Source: Macrostomum lignano (Eukaryota). From it: a stretch of DNA of 64,000 nucleotides. The DNA is taken from NCBI GenBank assembly GCA_002269645.1, contig NIVC01001176.1, positions 62,001 to 126,000 of the forward strand, in the 5' to 3' direction. Below the pieces are notes generated by a model. That model worked only from the letters and a program-made list of their open reading frames with translations. It did not search any database and was not told the origin of the DNA. A program made the translations under genes and the position numbers. How positions within the stretch are numbered: position 1 is the first letter of the stretch; the number at the start of each line of letters is the position of its first letter. Below are positions 48,153 through 60,068 of the stretch, piece after piece.

Positions 48153-48317
48153 CATGGGCAGCAGGAGCTTGTGGCATTGGGGACATGTGCCACCCCTAGA
48201 AAATGAGTCCACGAGGTAATTTTTAGTGCTTTTACAGCTTTTTCTAATTTTAGGCCCTAATTAGTAGCTTATAAAAGACCTGTGCCCCCCCCTAAAATAT
48301 TAGGCTCTGCCACCCTG
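48153..48317. mobile_element. Degenerate hAT-type MITE similar in layout to the element at 12879
   Basis: CATGGGCAGCAGGAG ... CTCTGCCACCCTG with internal GGGGACATGT and GTGCCCCCCCC. No TSD recognisable. Confidence 0.45.
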
Positions 48318-48860
48318 GCACCCTTGAACTTGAACTTTTAGCAGCATCTTAATCAAGTTATAACTAGCTAACAATAGTGATAGAATAGATCCTATATACT
48401 AAAAATGAGTTGTCTTCTATGCTATATTTGATTTGCTAGCAAAAATGCTAGCATAGCTAGTATAAAATGATTGAAGTTATTTATATTTATAATATATTAG
48501 ATAACATGTTTATTATTTTATATTGTTCAGTGACTTAAATAAATATCATTTTTTCATAGAAAGTGTCCATTTTTAGCGATTAAGTATTTTTTAAGTGAAT
48601 CGAACTCACTCAGTCTCACACTGTCAAGAAACTTTTTTGTTCAATGCAATAGCCCAACAACAGCACAACCAAAATTTTCCATTTAATAAATAGGTTTATT
48701 CAATTATTGTTATGTAAATTTGGTGCTTTTAACAAAAATGCACAAAACGATTAAAACTGAGCTGAAGACTAAGCTACAATCCCAACCCCAATCCCAATCC
48801 TAACCCCAATCGGCAATCCCAATCCCAACTCCAATCTCAACTACTACATGATTAACTTAC

Positions 48861-48933
48861 CAAGAAACATAGGCGAAAGAGACTTTGCCAAGCCCTGTGA
48901 AATATCGTAGATGTAGAGTTTGACTTCAGTCAT
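48861..48933 (-). CDS. DESI1: DESI1-like, coding exon 1
   Basis: MTEVKLYIYDISQGLAKSLSPMFLG matches DESI1 V.LYVYDLSKGLA..LSP.MLG. Donor G|GTAAGT. The full CDS is 1299 nt (432 aa). Confidence 0.93.
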
Positions 48934-49330
48934 AGCTAAAAGCAAGAATTTGTATCCGAATAACAGTTAGTTGACTGAAAATCACAAAAAGATTTGCTAT
49001 TTTACTGAGCAACGCCTAGTAAAGCTAGTTAAATAATAATAAAAAATGCACACTCATGTTTGCAGTGCAAATTTTATCGTGACAGCAAAGTATAACAAAC
49101 AGGTAAGCAATTATTTACAATGCTAAAAGTTTTAGCACCAGTAAGTTACAAAAAATAAAAAAACAACTTTATTTGTCGTAATAACGTTTTCTTTTAAAAC
49201 ACTATTTTTTTTTCAAAAAATCTACTTTCCTATCGGAGTTCCAAGAAAATTTAGTGTTTGTCAGGTTTATATCAAGAATACAACCAGAGACTGGGATATT
49301 TGAAAATATCTTCAGATTTGCAACAGGGAC

Positions 49331-49349
49331 ATGACTAAAAAACTATTAA
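49331..49349 (+). CDS. GNL3: Nucleostemin/GNL3-family GTPase, coding exon 1
   Basis: cAG|GGAC ATG ACT AAA AAA CTA TTA A|GTGAGT. Phase 1 joins AG at 54079 to give [15 protein letters not shown], similar to the GNL3 N-terminus. Very short, so less certain. Confidence 0.7.
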
Positions 49350-50248
49350 GTGAGTAATTTTGATTTGCCTATTCTCTTCCTCTAGTGTAAGCGAGTTCAC
49401 AAAATGTGTCTTACAACACAAACAATTTATGCATGTGTTATCCATTGCAATACAATTTGGCTATGCCTATAGGCATGTTAATCTTTCTTTAGGTTTAAGT
49501 TTAAGCATTAGTTCTTTAAGGTCATGACATTAAATGCCTTTAAGACTATATAAAATTTTAGGTAACAGCCATTTTGCTAGGGGGCTAATAGCCACTTCGG
49601 TAACAAGTGAGAATAATATAATATATATTAATTGATATGCTTTGAAAGACGTGCATGTGTTTAACTTGTTTAAATGTGTTTTAAACAATCTATTTTAATT
49701 TCCGGATGAGTCAGATATATGCACCCAAGACATCCTGTAATTGACCAAATATTGTGTATTATGCACATTAGAATATCTGATCTAGCTAGAGAATAGCAAC
49801 TTAGAATTGAATAATCTACTTTTTTCATTCATTGTTTAATTTTTTTCAATTTTAATATATGTGAGCTTGCTTTGCTTAATTTTTTTGCTTTCAATTTTTT
49901 TCACAAAGTAATGCAGAAGTTTAACCAAATTATAATGCAGTTCAACTAGAAAGTTTACCTATATATGGCAATAAGTCAGAAGGTATATAAGATGTTAATT
50001 ATTAAACTAATTATTGCTAAACCTAATTATCATAAAAATTAAGTGTTGATAGTCATAAATTTGCTTTAGTCATTTTTTGTTACCAAAGTGGGCTATTACC
50101 AAAGTAGATTGTATTCAAATTTTATATCTTTTGGTATTAGTAGACCTTGATTTGCTCACCTTATTGATAATAAATAAATGAAGCTTAAATTCATTTTTCA
50201 ATATTGACAACAAAAAACAATGTTTCAACCTACTAAGGCTATAATCAA

Positions 50249-51021
50249 TAGTGTTCTGCCATAGCCATAGCTATGGCTACAGGATCCTATGGCAAATACA
50301 GTAAAATAGGTGCCTATGGCAGCTATGGATATGTCTATGGTAGCTAGCTGCTCTTATGGCTACAAATACAAGAATATGGTAGTTGTTGTCATATTCCATA
50401 GATTCCTATAGCCGTAGTTATGGCAAATACAGTAAAATAGGTGCCTATGGCAGCTAGGATATGCCTATGGTAGCTAGCTGCTCTTATGGCTACAAATACA
50501 AGAATATGGTAGTTGTTGTCACATTCCATAGATTCCTATAGCCGTAGTTATTAATGTTAAAAAAATAGAAAAAAACATTATAAACAGGTAGAATAAAACA
50601 AATATACTTTTAATAAACTGTATTATCAACTTAAAAACTCTTAAAATATACCTAATAAAGTACAATTAAACACTAGCAAACTCTAATTTTTATTAATGTG
50701 AAAAAGTTCAGAATTAGTACTTTCAGCAACTATTAAGTATTGTTGCTCTGTAAAAAGAGGAAATATTATCTTACAAAGGCAATCAAGTGTTTCTTTTATT
50801 TTCTAACTTAATTTGCAGTTGTTGAAGCACTAGGTTATCTTCTTGAATAAAATATTTTGTTTTCTAAACTTTTTGTTAAAACTATGGCTACAGCTATGGG
50901 AACTATGGGAATATAGTAATATTGGGATCCCTATAGCTACAGAATATGGAGAATTGGAATAAGCCATAGTTTTGCTTATGGCTACAGCCACGGTACATGG
51001 ACCCTCTATGGCAGAACACTA
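50249..51021. mobile_element. hAT-type MITE, 773 bp, in GNL3 intron 1
   Basis: Perfect 16-bp TIR TAGTGTTCTGCCATAG / CTATGGCAGAACACTA. TSD ATAATCAA / ATAATCAG (7/8). Internal 131-bp tandem duplication at 50288-50550. Confidence 0.85.
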
Positions 51022-53078
51022 ATAATCAGGGTATAATTTGTTAATGAAACACAAAAAATCTAAATCTATGAATGATTGTATATTCTAATGCATCAAATAA
51101 AAAGGGAATAGTGAATATAAAAAAGAGTAAAAAAACTAGACTAGGGATAAAGGTAAGTAAGAAAGAGAGAAAAAGAGAGCATTAAAGAAGGAAATATGAA
51201 TTGTATACACAAAATCTAGTCAACCTCAAAACACTCTAACAAGGTGACTTATATCACTATGCAATGCCAATAGCTGAACATTGAAGCTAGGCCATACTCC
51301 GGATCATGTTGGCCATAGTCCAGATCATGGTCTATGCATATGCCGGAATGAAAATTCATTTTTTTTAATTTTATGCCCATGTAAAATTTAAATTTTTTAC
51401 ACCAAGCCTAGAGTTGTTTATAGGCCAATATTTTTAGAGAATACATAATATTAGAAATAAAAGAGTTTTACTAAACTCTAATAGCATGATTGTTTTTTGC
51501 TAAAAACTGATATTCTTTGTTTAAATTTAGTTTTTATAAATTGCATTAATATTTTTTATTTTAGTTTCCAATTATTTTGAAAAGAGCTTTTGTTGGTTGA
51601 TACATAACTATACAATTATATTAGCCTTGAAGTCAGATATTTTTTGTATGCCGACTATGTACACTTCACATTGTACCTAAAAATTCTATATGCCAAGTGT
51701 ATACCAAGATTGTGCAAGAGCAAGAATATGCCAGAATTTTCTAACATAAAGGCTACCTTCAGGACTATGGCATGTTGGATGCATGCTGGAATGTATACTA
51801 GGGAGTTTTTTGTTTGCATGCCTACTGCACACTATGCTTGCTGACCAAATGCCATGTATGCCATTGATAATAATTAACAATAGGCCTACAAAAAATCAGT
51901 TTGATAAGCATTTTCAAACATTACATTAAAAAATGTATAAGAAAAAACAATGCTTTAAAAATTTTAACCATAGGCATAAGCATTAAATTATGTTACAAAT
52001 ACTAGTAAATCTTTTCTAGTAAAAAATAAAAAAATAAAATACATTTATGAATATTTTTGAAATCTTAAGAAGACTGCCCTACTACAATCATACCATACCA
52101 CATTCTATGCTATCAAGGCCAAGCTATTCCATAGCATAGCATACCACTATGCCACATATCTAAATGTATGCCAATGCATGCCAATTTTTTGGCTAAACCA
52201 AATGCATGTTGGAATTTTCTGGCATGATGTATGCCTTCTGGAGTATGGAAGCAAGGGTTTTGAGCCTTAATATGCAATGTTCTTAGAATCCCAAGCTTGT
52301 ATTTAGAATTGGAACAGTCAATACTTTTAGAAGGTTCACTTTGTTCTCTATTACAGCATCATAATATAGATATCATCTTAAAGGTAAAACCATTCATTTT
52401 TTCCATAAGTTTTCTGGTATAAAGGACATTTAGACTATGGCATTGGCTTATAGTTTTCTTAAAACCTTTGTTTTCTAGCATGTAGTTGATATCTTCAAGA
52501 TTATAATATACTCTTCATATTTTTATTATTTTATATATTATATTAAAACAAAAAATAAAAGCTTTAACCAATTGTATAACATTGTATTATATAAGCATAA
52601 TGATTTTTAGAAACACTTTGCTTAAATGCATGTGCATGTGTCAATTCAATTATTGGCCTAGCTAACTGGGCCTGTGTCAATGATATCCTGAATCATGTTT
52701 AAATATAGAATAATTGCTAATCAATCTTTGCCATTCTGATTAATATATATATATAAAAGTATGCACTAAAGGTTAAGCCTTTATTTAAGGCAATCATTTA
52801 GTATATGCCAAAAATGCTATATTAGTATATTCTGAAATGTAAAAGAAGTCTAATAGATAAGATAGGGAAAGGTCCAATAGATAGATCTATAGGTTAAAAA
52901 GGGCATTTATGACACTAATATTGGTTTTTTCATTTTAACTTAGCCTATAAACAACCAATCTCAGCTATCCTATAGCATATATAGTGTTAGCCAGAGCTGG
53001 GTTTTAACTGCAGACATGCTCTCTTTTTATAATCAAAGCCTATAAGTAATCTATCTTGAAGTCCATGGCATTGAAATA

Positions 53079-53461
53079 CAAGGGGTGTCCCAAAAGCCGA
53101 TGACAGAAGTGTGCAGCGCACCCAGTGGTGACTATGTGGAGAAGCCTCGGGACAATGTTGATTAACTTTTAACTGTTCTTTCCTCAGCTTTCATGTTGCG
53201 GATGTTTTGTTGATTCATTGAATGTTTCATTGTTTCATGCATCAGGTACAAAGCTTTGGTCTATGGCAATTTGTAAAAGTAGCACAGGGGGTGGGGCAGG
53301 AAAGTGCTCATATCTCAAGAATACCAGCAGATACAGAAATAAACAGAAAGTCATTTTAATGGGCAGATAATTCTCTTTTCAACTGCAACAGACTTAATAT
53401 TTCTGATTGGTCAGAAAAGGCTGTAGTGAAGAAAGTGCACCGACTTTTGGGATACCCCTCG
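53079..53461. mobile_element. Tc1/mariner-type MITE, 383 bp
   Basis: TA|CAAGGGGTGTCCCAAAAG ... CTTTTGGGATACCCCTCG|TA, with 16/18 TIR identity and TA on both sides. Confidence 0.8.
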
Positions 53462-54078
53462 TAAATCATTTGGATAAGATAGATTGCTCACATAAAATAA
53501 TATTGGTAGGCTCTTTACTATGCCATGTTTATAGCACATGATTGTGTAGGACCTTGTTGCATATAAAATTTCCCCTAGAAATAGTATCTTCAAAAGTATG
53601 GCAATATTAGAAAAAGGCATATGCATAAATAATGCCTTTATATGTACAACTTTATATAGTCAAAACAATTGATAGGCAAAAATTTAGCCTCATGGCAAAA
53701 ACTAATTGAGTTCATGTAGTATTTTTAAATGTTTAATTGTTTTTGTTCTGTTTTGCTTCAAATTCATTTTAAAATATTTTTATCTACTTAACTAAAATAC
53801 CATTTAAAAAATATGAATATAATCTTGGCTTAGATATCCTGGCTTAAATAAAAAAACTAGCCAAAATGTAAAAAAGTTATAATTTTTTGTTATTCTGTTT
53901 ATTTTTTTAGCATTGAAACTTTTTTTGTAAACTGTTTAAATTTTACAATACTAAATTCATTCAAACAATGTATTCCAATCCTACCATCATGGTTCTAGCA
54001 TCAAATAAAAATCATGCAAACAATCATATTGATGCCCTTTGATATTAATAAACCTGTAAAATTATTACTAACTTGTAG

Positions 54079-54189
54079 AGAGTCGCAGCAAGCGTACTTC
54101 ATGCCGGCAAAAGTACAAGGTGCAGAAGAAGGTAAGGGAACACCTGCGCAAGGTGAAGAAAGAGGCCAAGAAGAATCCTAAACGAAAAA
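54079..54189 (+). CDS. GNL3: GNL3 family, exon 2 (GN3L_Grn1 basic domain)
   Basis: [33 protein letters not shown] at 54078, GTAAGT at 54190. Confidence 0.92.
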
Positions 54190-54650
54190 GTAAGTATTGT
54201 TGGCAGCTCTTTTAAACTACGAGGGCTGTCCCTAAAGAGAAGTGTCAAAAAACAATTTAGCAGAGTAGCATAAGTACTTCTTTGTTAGGCCACTGAGACA
54301 AAGAGATATGTATGAAAAAGCTTGAAGAAACAAAAAAACTTTTTAAGCAGCAGAATATTTCCCATTGCCGACTGGTGGAGCCAACTGTGAAGAAGACTTC
54401 AAATTTACCATAGACGAAACGATCAGTTCGCGTGCGTGATGTTATTTGGATCATCACAACGAGATACTCGTAAATAAATAATCAACAGTAACACTACTTT
54501 TGGGATAGTCCTTGTATCTTGCGCATTAATTTTGGCTTTTGTGAGCGTCACCACCCAGACACACAGTGTGTACACTGCGCCTGACGAAGTAATTAAATAA
54601 TGTGCAATAAAATCCATGCAAGATCGGCTAAACCTCGCACCTGTCCGCAG

Positions 54651-54904
54651 AGAAAGACCCGGGCGTGCCAAATTCGTTGCCATTCAAAGCCGAGGTGCTT
54701 CAACAAGCCGAAGCGATGCGCGCCGCCCATCAAGCCGAAAAGCGGGCGGCCGCCGATCTTCAGCGCCTGGTGGCCAGCGCCCAGCAGCGCCAGCGTCAGC
54801 ACGAGCGCCAGGTAGGCGCCGCTAAAGCGGCCGCCGCGGCAAACGGACCGCCCGCAGAACACGTGGAACGATCAGCTAAAGCTTTTCATCGGGAGTTTAA
54901 TAAG
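54651..54904 (+). CDS. GNL3: GNL3 family, exon 3
   Basis: KKDPGVPNSLPFKAEVL followed by a coiled-coil and AFHREFNK. Phase-consistent splice sites. Confidence 0.92.
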
Positions 54905-55087
54905 GTGCGCTTGGCTTGTTAAATCCCGAGGAGGTTTTAATTATTTTTCAGAAGTGTTTATCCTATGCCTAAATCTATGTTGATAGTATCGCAAGACTGA
55001 TCTCTTAATCCCATTTCTGATGATATAATCCCATATATGGTCCCCTTTTCTATTTCGGGATTCTCTCACCCCACCCTAACTCTCCAG

Positions 55088-55332
55088 GTTATCACATCGG
55101 CGGATGTTCTCCTCGAGGTTCTGGACGCTCGCGATCCCCTCGGCAGCCGATGCCGCGAACTTGAAGAGGCTGTACTCAGCCGGCCTGACAAGCGGCTAGT
55201 ACTGGTGCTCAACAAAGCCGATCTGGTGCCCCGCGAGGTGCTCAGACGTTGGGTGGCTCATCTGCGCAAGGAATTGCCTTGCGTAGCTTTCCGCTGTTCG
55301 ACCCAAGCGCAACGGGCTAGGATTGGACAGAG
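55088..55332 (+). CDS. GNL3: GNL3 family, exon 4 (G4 motif NKAD)
   Basis: [22 protein letters not shown]...[10 protein letters not shown]...[14 protein letters not shown]. Confidence 0.93.
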
Positions 55333-55407
55333 GTTAGTAGTACTTTCGCTACTCAGTAGTATCTCTGCTACTCAGTAGTATCTCCGTTTCTTCAATCTAC
55401 CTTTCCT

Positions 55408-55471
55408 AGACAGACAGACAGGCAGGCAGACAGACAGACAGACAGACAGACACTAAGACAGACAGACACTA

Positions 55472-55519
<48 letters not shown>

Positions 55520-55609
55520 GACACTAATAAGACAGACACTAAGACATACACTAAGACAGATACTAGGACAGACACTAAGACAGACAGACACTAAGACAGA
55601 CAGACACTA

Positions 55610-55657
<48 letters not shown>

Positions 55658-55731
55658 GACACTAAGACAGACACTAAGACATACATTAAGACAGATACTA
55701 GGACAGACACTAAGACAGACAGACAGACAGG

Positions 55732-55765
<34 letters not shown>

Positions 55766-55885
55766 GGTAGACAGACAGACAGACAGACACTAAGACAGAC
55801 AGACAGACAGACGACACTAAGACATACACTAAGACATACACTAAGACAGATACTAGGACAGACACTAAGACAAACAGGCAGACAG
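55408..55885. repeat. (GACA)n array interspersed with GACACTAAGACA units, GNL3 intron 4
   Basis: Direct reading. Confidence 0.93.
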
Positions 55886-56279
55886 CCATCACTTTGTCTA
55901 CTTTACACTAGGCCTGCTCCGTGGGCCTCAGTGTAAAGTGTGTTAACCCCACCCCACCCCCTTCGCCCACCTCTCCTCCGCCCCCCCCCTCCGCCGCGTG
56001 CCGGGGGTTCTTAAACCCAGTATTTTCTGGCTTGACCGTGTGCAAGTGCTTAGATTTATTTATTTTTTTCTCTTGTTTTTTTCTCCCCGGTTTTATCGAT
56101 CAATTTCGAATTCGACGTACGCCCGTGTATTGCGCAAAATAAATGCAACATCCGAAGGGGTCGCCTTCCCCACCTCGTCGCTGCTTTGTGCTTGCTGCCA
56201 ACCCGCCGCCTTTGCCTTCCTTTTGCTGCTTGTGGGGTTGCGGGTTAATCTCCACCTCCCTCATCATTTGTTTCCTCAG

Positions 56280-56832
56280 ACACGGTGACGCCGTCGACGC
56301 CGCCGCCGATTCAGCTGATGCCACCGCTAGCGGAAGTCGCGCCGCCGGCGTCGACCAGCTGCTGAGCCTGCTGGCTAACTACAGCCGCGGCCGGTCGGCC
56401 GGCGGAGTCGGCATCGGCGGCAGCATCGTAGTCGGCGTTGTCGGCTATCCAAACACTGGCAAATCGTCGCTGATTAATTCGTTGAAACGAGCTCGAGTTT
56501 GCCCTACCGGAGCGACGCCTGGCCTCACTCGGGTTAGCCAAGAGGTCGCTCTTGATAAGAAAGTTCGCCTACTAGACTGCCCTGGCGTTGTACTGGCTAG
56601 CGGCGCTCCGGCTGCGCAGCTAATTTTAAGAAACTGCGTCCGAGTTGAAACTATTGAAGATCCGCTGCCAGCTGTTCAGGTGATAGTGGACAGGTGCGCC
56701 AAAGAGAAACTAATGGTGTTTTATTCTTTGCCGCAATTTTCCACTGCCGAAGAGTTTCTAATTATTCTGGCCAAACGGATGGGCAAACTGAAGCGTGGCG
56801 GACTGCCGGACACTGCCGCTGCTGGGCGCAAG
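56280..56832 (+). CDS. GNL3: GNL3 family, exon 5 (G1 GYPNTGKS, G3 DCPG)
   Basis: The G4-before-G1 order marks a circularly permuted GTPase. Acceptor at 56279, donor AAG|GTTAGT at 56833. Confidence 0.95.
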
Positions 56833-56899
56833 GTTAGTAGTCTGCTATAAAGCACTGTCTTTATTGGGTAGCAGAGTGCGAGAGATTAGTGACAGTTGC

Positions 56900-57668
56900 C
56901 AGATTGACTAAGATGTCAGATTAGTGATAGATGTCAGACCAGTGACAGGGATGTCATATTAGTGACAGGGATGTCAGATCAGTGATAGGGATATCAGATT
57001 AGTGATAGATGTCAGATCAGTGACAGGGATGTCAGATTAGTGACAGGGATGTCAGATTAGTGACAGGGATGTCAGATTAGTGACAGATGTCAGATTAGTG
57101 ACAGATGTCAGATTAGTGACAGGGATATCAGATCAGTGACAGGGATATCAGATCAGTGACAGGGATATTAGATTAGTGATAGATGTCAGATCAGTGACAG
57201 GGATGTCAGATTAGTGACAGATGTCAGATTAGTGACAGGGATGTCATATTAGTGACAGGGATATCAGATCAGTGACAGGGATATCAGATTAGTGATAGAT
57301 GTCAGATTAGTGACAAGGATGTCAGATTAGTGACAAGGATGTCAGATTAGTGACAGATGTCAGATTAGTGACAGGGATGTCAGATCAGTGATAGATGTCA
57401 GATTAGTGACAGGGATGTCAGATCAGTGACAGATGTCAGATTAGTGACAGGGATGTCATATTAGTGACAGGGATATCAGATCAGTGACAGGGATGTCAGA
57501 TTAGTGACAGGGATGTCAGATCAGTGACAGGGATGTCAGATTAGTGACAGAAATGTCAAACCAGTGACAGGGATGTCAGATCAGTGACAGGGATGTCAGA
57601 TCAGTGACAGGGATGTCAGACCAGTGACAGGGATATCAGACCAGTGACAGGGATATTAGACCAGTGAT
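56900..57668. repeat. 18-20-bp tandem array (GTGACAGGGATGTCAGATTA)n, GNL3 intron 5
   Basis: About 38 copies. Each unit contains the inverted pair TGACA...TGTCA. Confidence 0.95.
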
Positions 57669-57729
57669 TAGGATTTCTCATTATGAATAACCCCGTCAGC
57701 TACGATATAAATCAAATTTCGCTACACAG

Positions 57730-58383
57730 GTGCTAAACGATTGGTCCAGCGGCCGCCTCACCTATTACACGTTGCCGCCGGAAAACCCGGCAGCTCAGAC
57801 AGCCAGCCAGCTTGAATTAGTTGGCCAGTGGTCCAAGGAGTTCAGCCTGGACACTGTCGATCTGTTGCCCAGCGAAGCCGACGGAGGCGGCGATTCGCTT
57901 GGCCGCGCGCCCGACGCTCTCGATACGGTGGTTAATCCGCTCGAGTCTGTTGCTATGGCAACGCTGGACGATGACAACAAGCAGGAGGCGGCTAGTAACG
58001 ATGCCGCAATGGAAACGGACAATGATGAAGAAGAGTCTGGAGCCGAGGTGGACGAGAATCTAGTCGTGGACGCTAGCGAGTCGGTCAAATCTAGCGCCGG
58101 CGCCGATGTTCTGGAAGCCGCCAAAGAAGCTCGATTCCGCGCCGCTATGGCCGGCGCTCAGCAGAATCGAAGCCTGCGCCTTCAGGCCAAAAAGGCGCGC
58201 AAGAAGGCCAAACGGTTGGATCGAAATGCCGGCAAATTGGGCGGCGAATTCGAAGCCAAGATGGACACCGTGCTGGACAGTCTGGCTGGTTTTGGCGGCG
58301 CCAAGAAGTCAACAGCAGCAACAACGGCAGCAGCTGGCCAAGCTGATTACGACTTTAATAAGCACTTTCCGCCCAAAAACTAG
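57730..58383 (+). CDS. GNL3: GNL3 family, exon 6 (terminal, acidic tail)
   Basis: VLNDWSSGRLTYYTLPP, acidic stretch, DYDFNKHF near the end. The full CDS is 1836 nt (611 aa). Confidence 0.93.
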   Translation: MLNDWSSGRLTYYTLPPENPAAQTASQLELVGQWSKEFSLDTVDLLPSEADGGGDSLGRAPDALDTVVNPLESVAMATLDDDNKQEAASNDAAMETDNDEEESGAEVDENLVVDASESVKSSAGADVLEAAKEARFRAAMAGAQQNRSLRLQAKKARKKAKRLDRNAGKLGGEFEAKMDTVLDSLAGFGGAKKSTAATTAAAGQADYDFNKHFPPKN

Positions 58384-58911
58384 CGGCTTTCCCCTTCGTG
58401 TTGAAAAACGCACTAATGCATTTTTCTATAGCTTGCAGGAGAGAGATAGCTGACTAGGAGGGATTGAATCACACTGTTTTTCTATACTACTCTTTTAAGC
58501 ATATATAAGTAGTCTATTAAAAAGAGTGCTTTTCAGTCAAATTGCGTATTTCCATGAGCTACGCAATATGGCTATGGCATTTATATTTATTAGCTGAATT
58601 CTCCCTCCTGGGCCATCTATCTCCCCCTCCCCCCGATTTTAGCTGTCTTCAGAAGCCGCACTTAAATACTAATAGCAGACTGTCGTGCATGCATTGATCA
58701 TGATAACAACAATTGTGAACAACTCTAAATAATTGCGCGTTTGACAGTTAAATAATTGCGCAAGCAAAGCGCCCCCGCCCGGTCTAGCTTGCTTGAACTT
58801 TAGAAAAAGTTCGATTGTTGGAAATAAAACGCTACATTGAAGCTCTCTGTCTATTTGTCTGGTTTGGAATGATTTGGATTTTCTAGTTTTTTATTTCTAT
58901 CCGCTCTTCAT

Positions 58912-60068
58912 TAGGCCACCCGCTCCTTCAGTAGGCCACCCGCTCCTTCAGTAGGCCACCCGCTCCTTCAGTAGGCCACCCGCTCCTTCAGTAGGCCACC
59001 CGCTCCTTCAGTAGGCCACCCGCTCCTTCAGTAGGCCACCCGCTCCTTCAGTAGGCCACCCGCTCCTTCAGTAGGCCACCCGCTCCTTCAGTAGGCCACC
59101 CGCTCCTTCAGTAGGCCACCCGCTCCTTCAGTAGGCCACCCGCTCCTTCAGTAGGCCACCCGCTCCTTCAGTAGGCCACCCGCTCCTTCAGTAGGCCACC
59201 CGCTCCTTCAGTAGGCCACCCGCTCCTTCAGTAGGCCACCCGCTCCTTCAGTAGGCCACCCGCTCCTTCAGTAGGCCACCCGCTCCTTCAGTAGGCCACC
59301 CGCTCCTTCAGTAGGCCACCCGCTCCTTCAGTAGGCCACCCGCTCCTTCAGTAGGCCACCCGCTCCTTCAGTAGGCCACCCGCTCCTTCAGTAGGCCACC
59401 CGCTCCTTCAGTAGGCCACCCGCTCCTTCAGTAGGCCACCCGCTCCTTCAGTAGGCCACCCGCTCCTTCAGTAGGCCACCCGCTCCTTCAGTAGGCCACC
59501 CGCTCCTTCAGTAGGCCACCCGCTCCTTCAGTAGGCCACCCGCTCCTTCAGTAGGCCACCCGCTCCTTCAGTAGGCCACCCGCTCCTTCAGTAGGCCACC
59601 CGCTCCTTCAGTAGGCCACCCGCTCCTTCAGTAGGCCACCCGCTCCTTCAGTAGGCCACCCGCTCCTTCAGTAGGCCACCCGCTCCTTCAGTAGGCCACC
59701 CGCTCCTTCAGTAGGCCACCCGCTCCTTCAGTAGGCCACCCGCTCCTTCAGTAGGCCACCCGCTCCTTCAGTAGGCCACCCGCTCCTTCAGTAGGCCACC
59801 CGCTCCTTCAGTAGGCCACCCGCTCCTTCAGTAGGCCACCCGCTCCTTCAGTAGGCCACCCGCTCCTTCAGTAGGCCACCCGCTCCTTCAGTAGGCCACC
59901 CGCTCCTTCAGTAGGCCACCCGCTCCTTCAGTAGGCCACCCGCTCCTTCAGTAGGCCACCCGCTCCTTCAGTAGGCCACCCGCTCCTTCAGTAGGCCACC
60001 CGCTCCTTCAGTAGGCCACCCGCTCCTTCAGTAGGCCACCCGCTCCTTCAGTAGGCCACCCGCTCCTT
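58912..60068. repeat. Invariant 20-bp tandem array (TAGGCCACCCGCTCCTTCAG)x~58, intergenic
   Basis: Identical 60-nt lines from 58921 to 60060. Confidence 0.98.

Noticed and set aside
54218-54472. TA-CGAGGGCTGTCC mariner-like left end in GNL3 intron 2
   Set aside because: Only CTCGTA is found on the right, with no convincing TIR partner.
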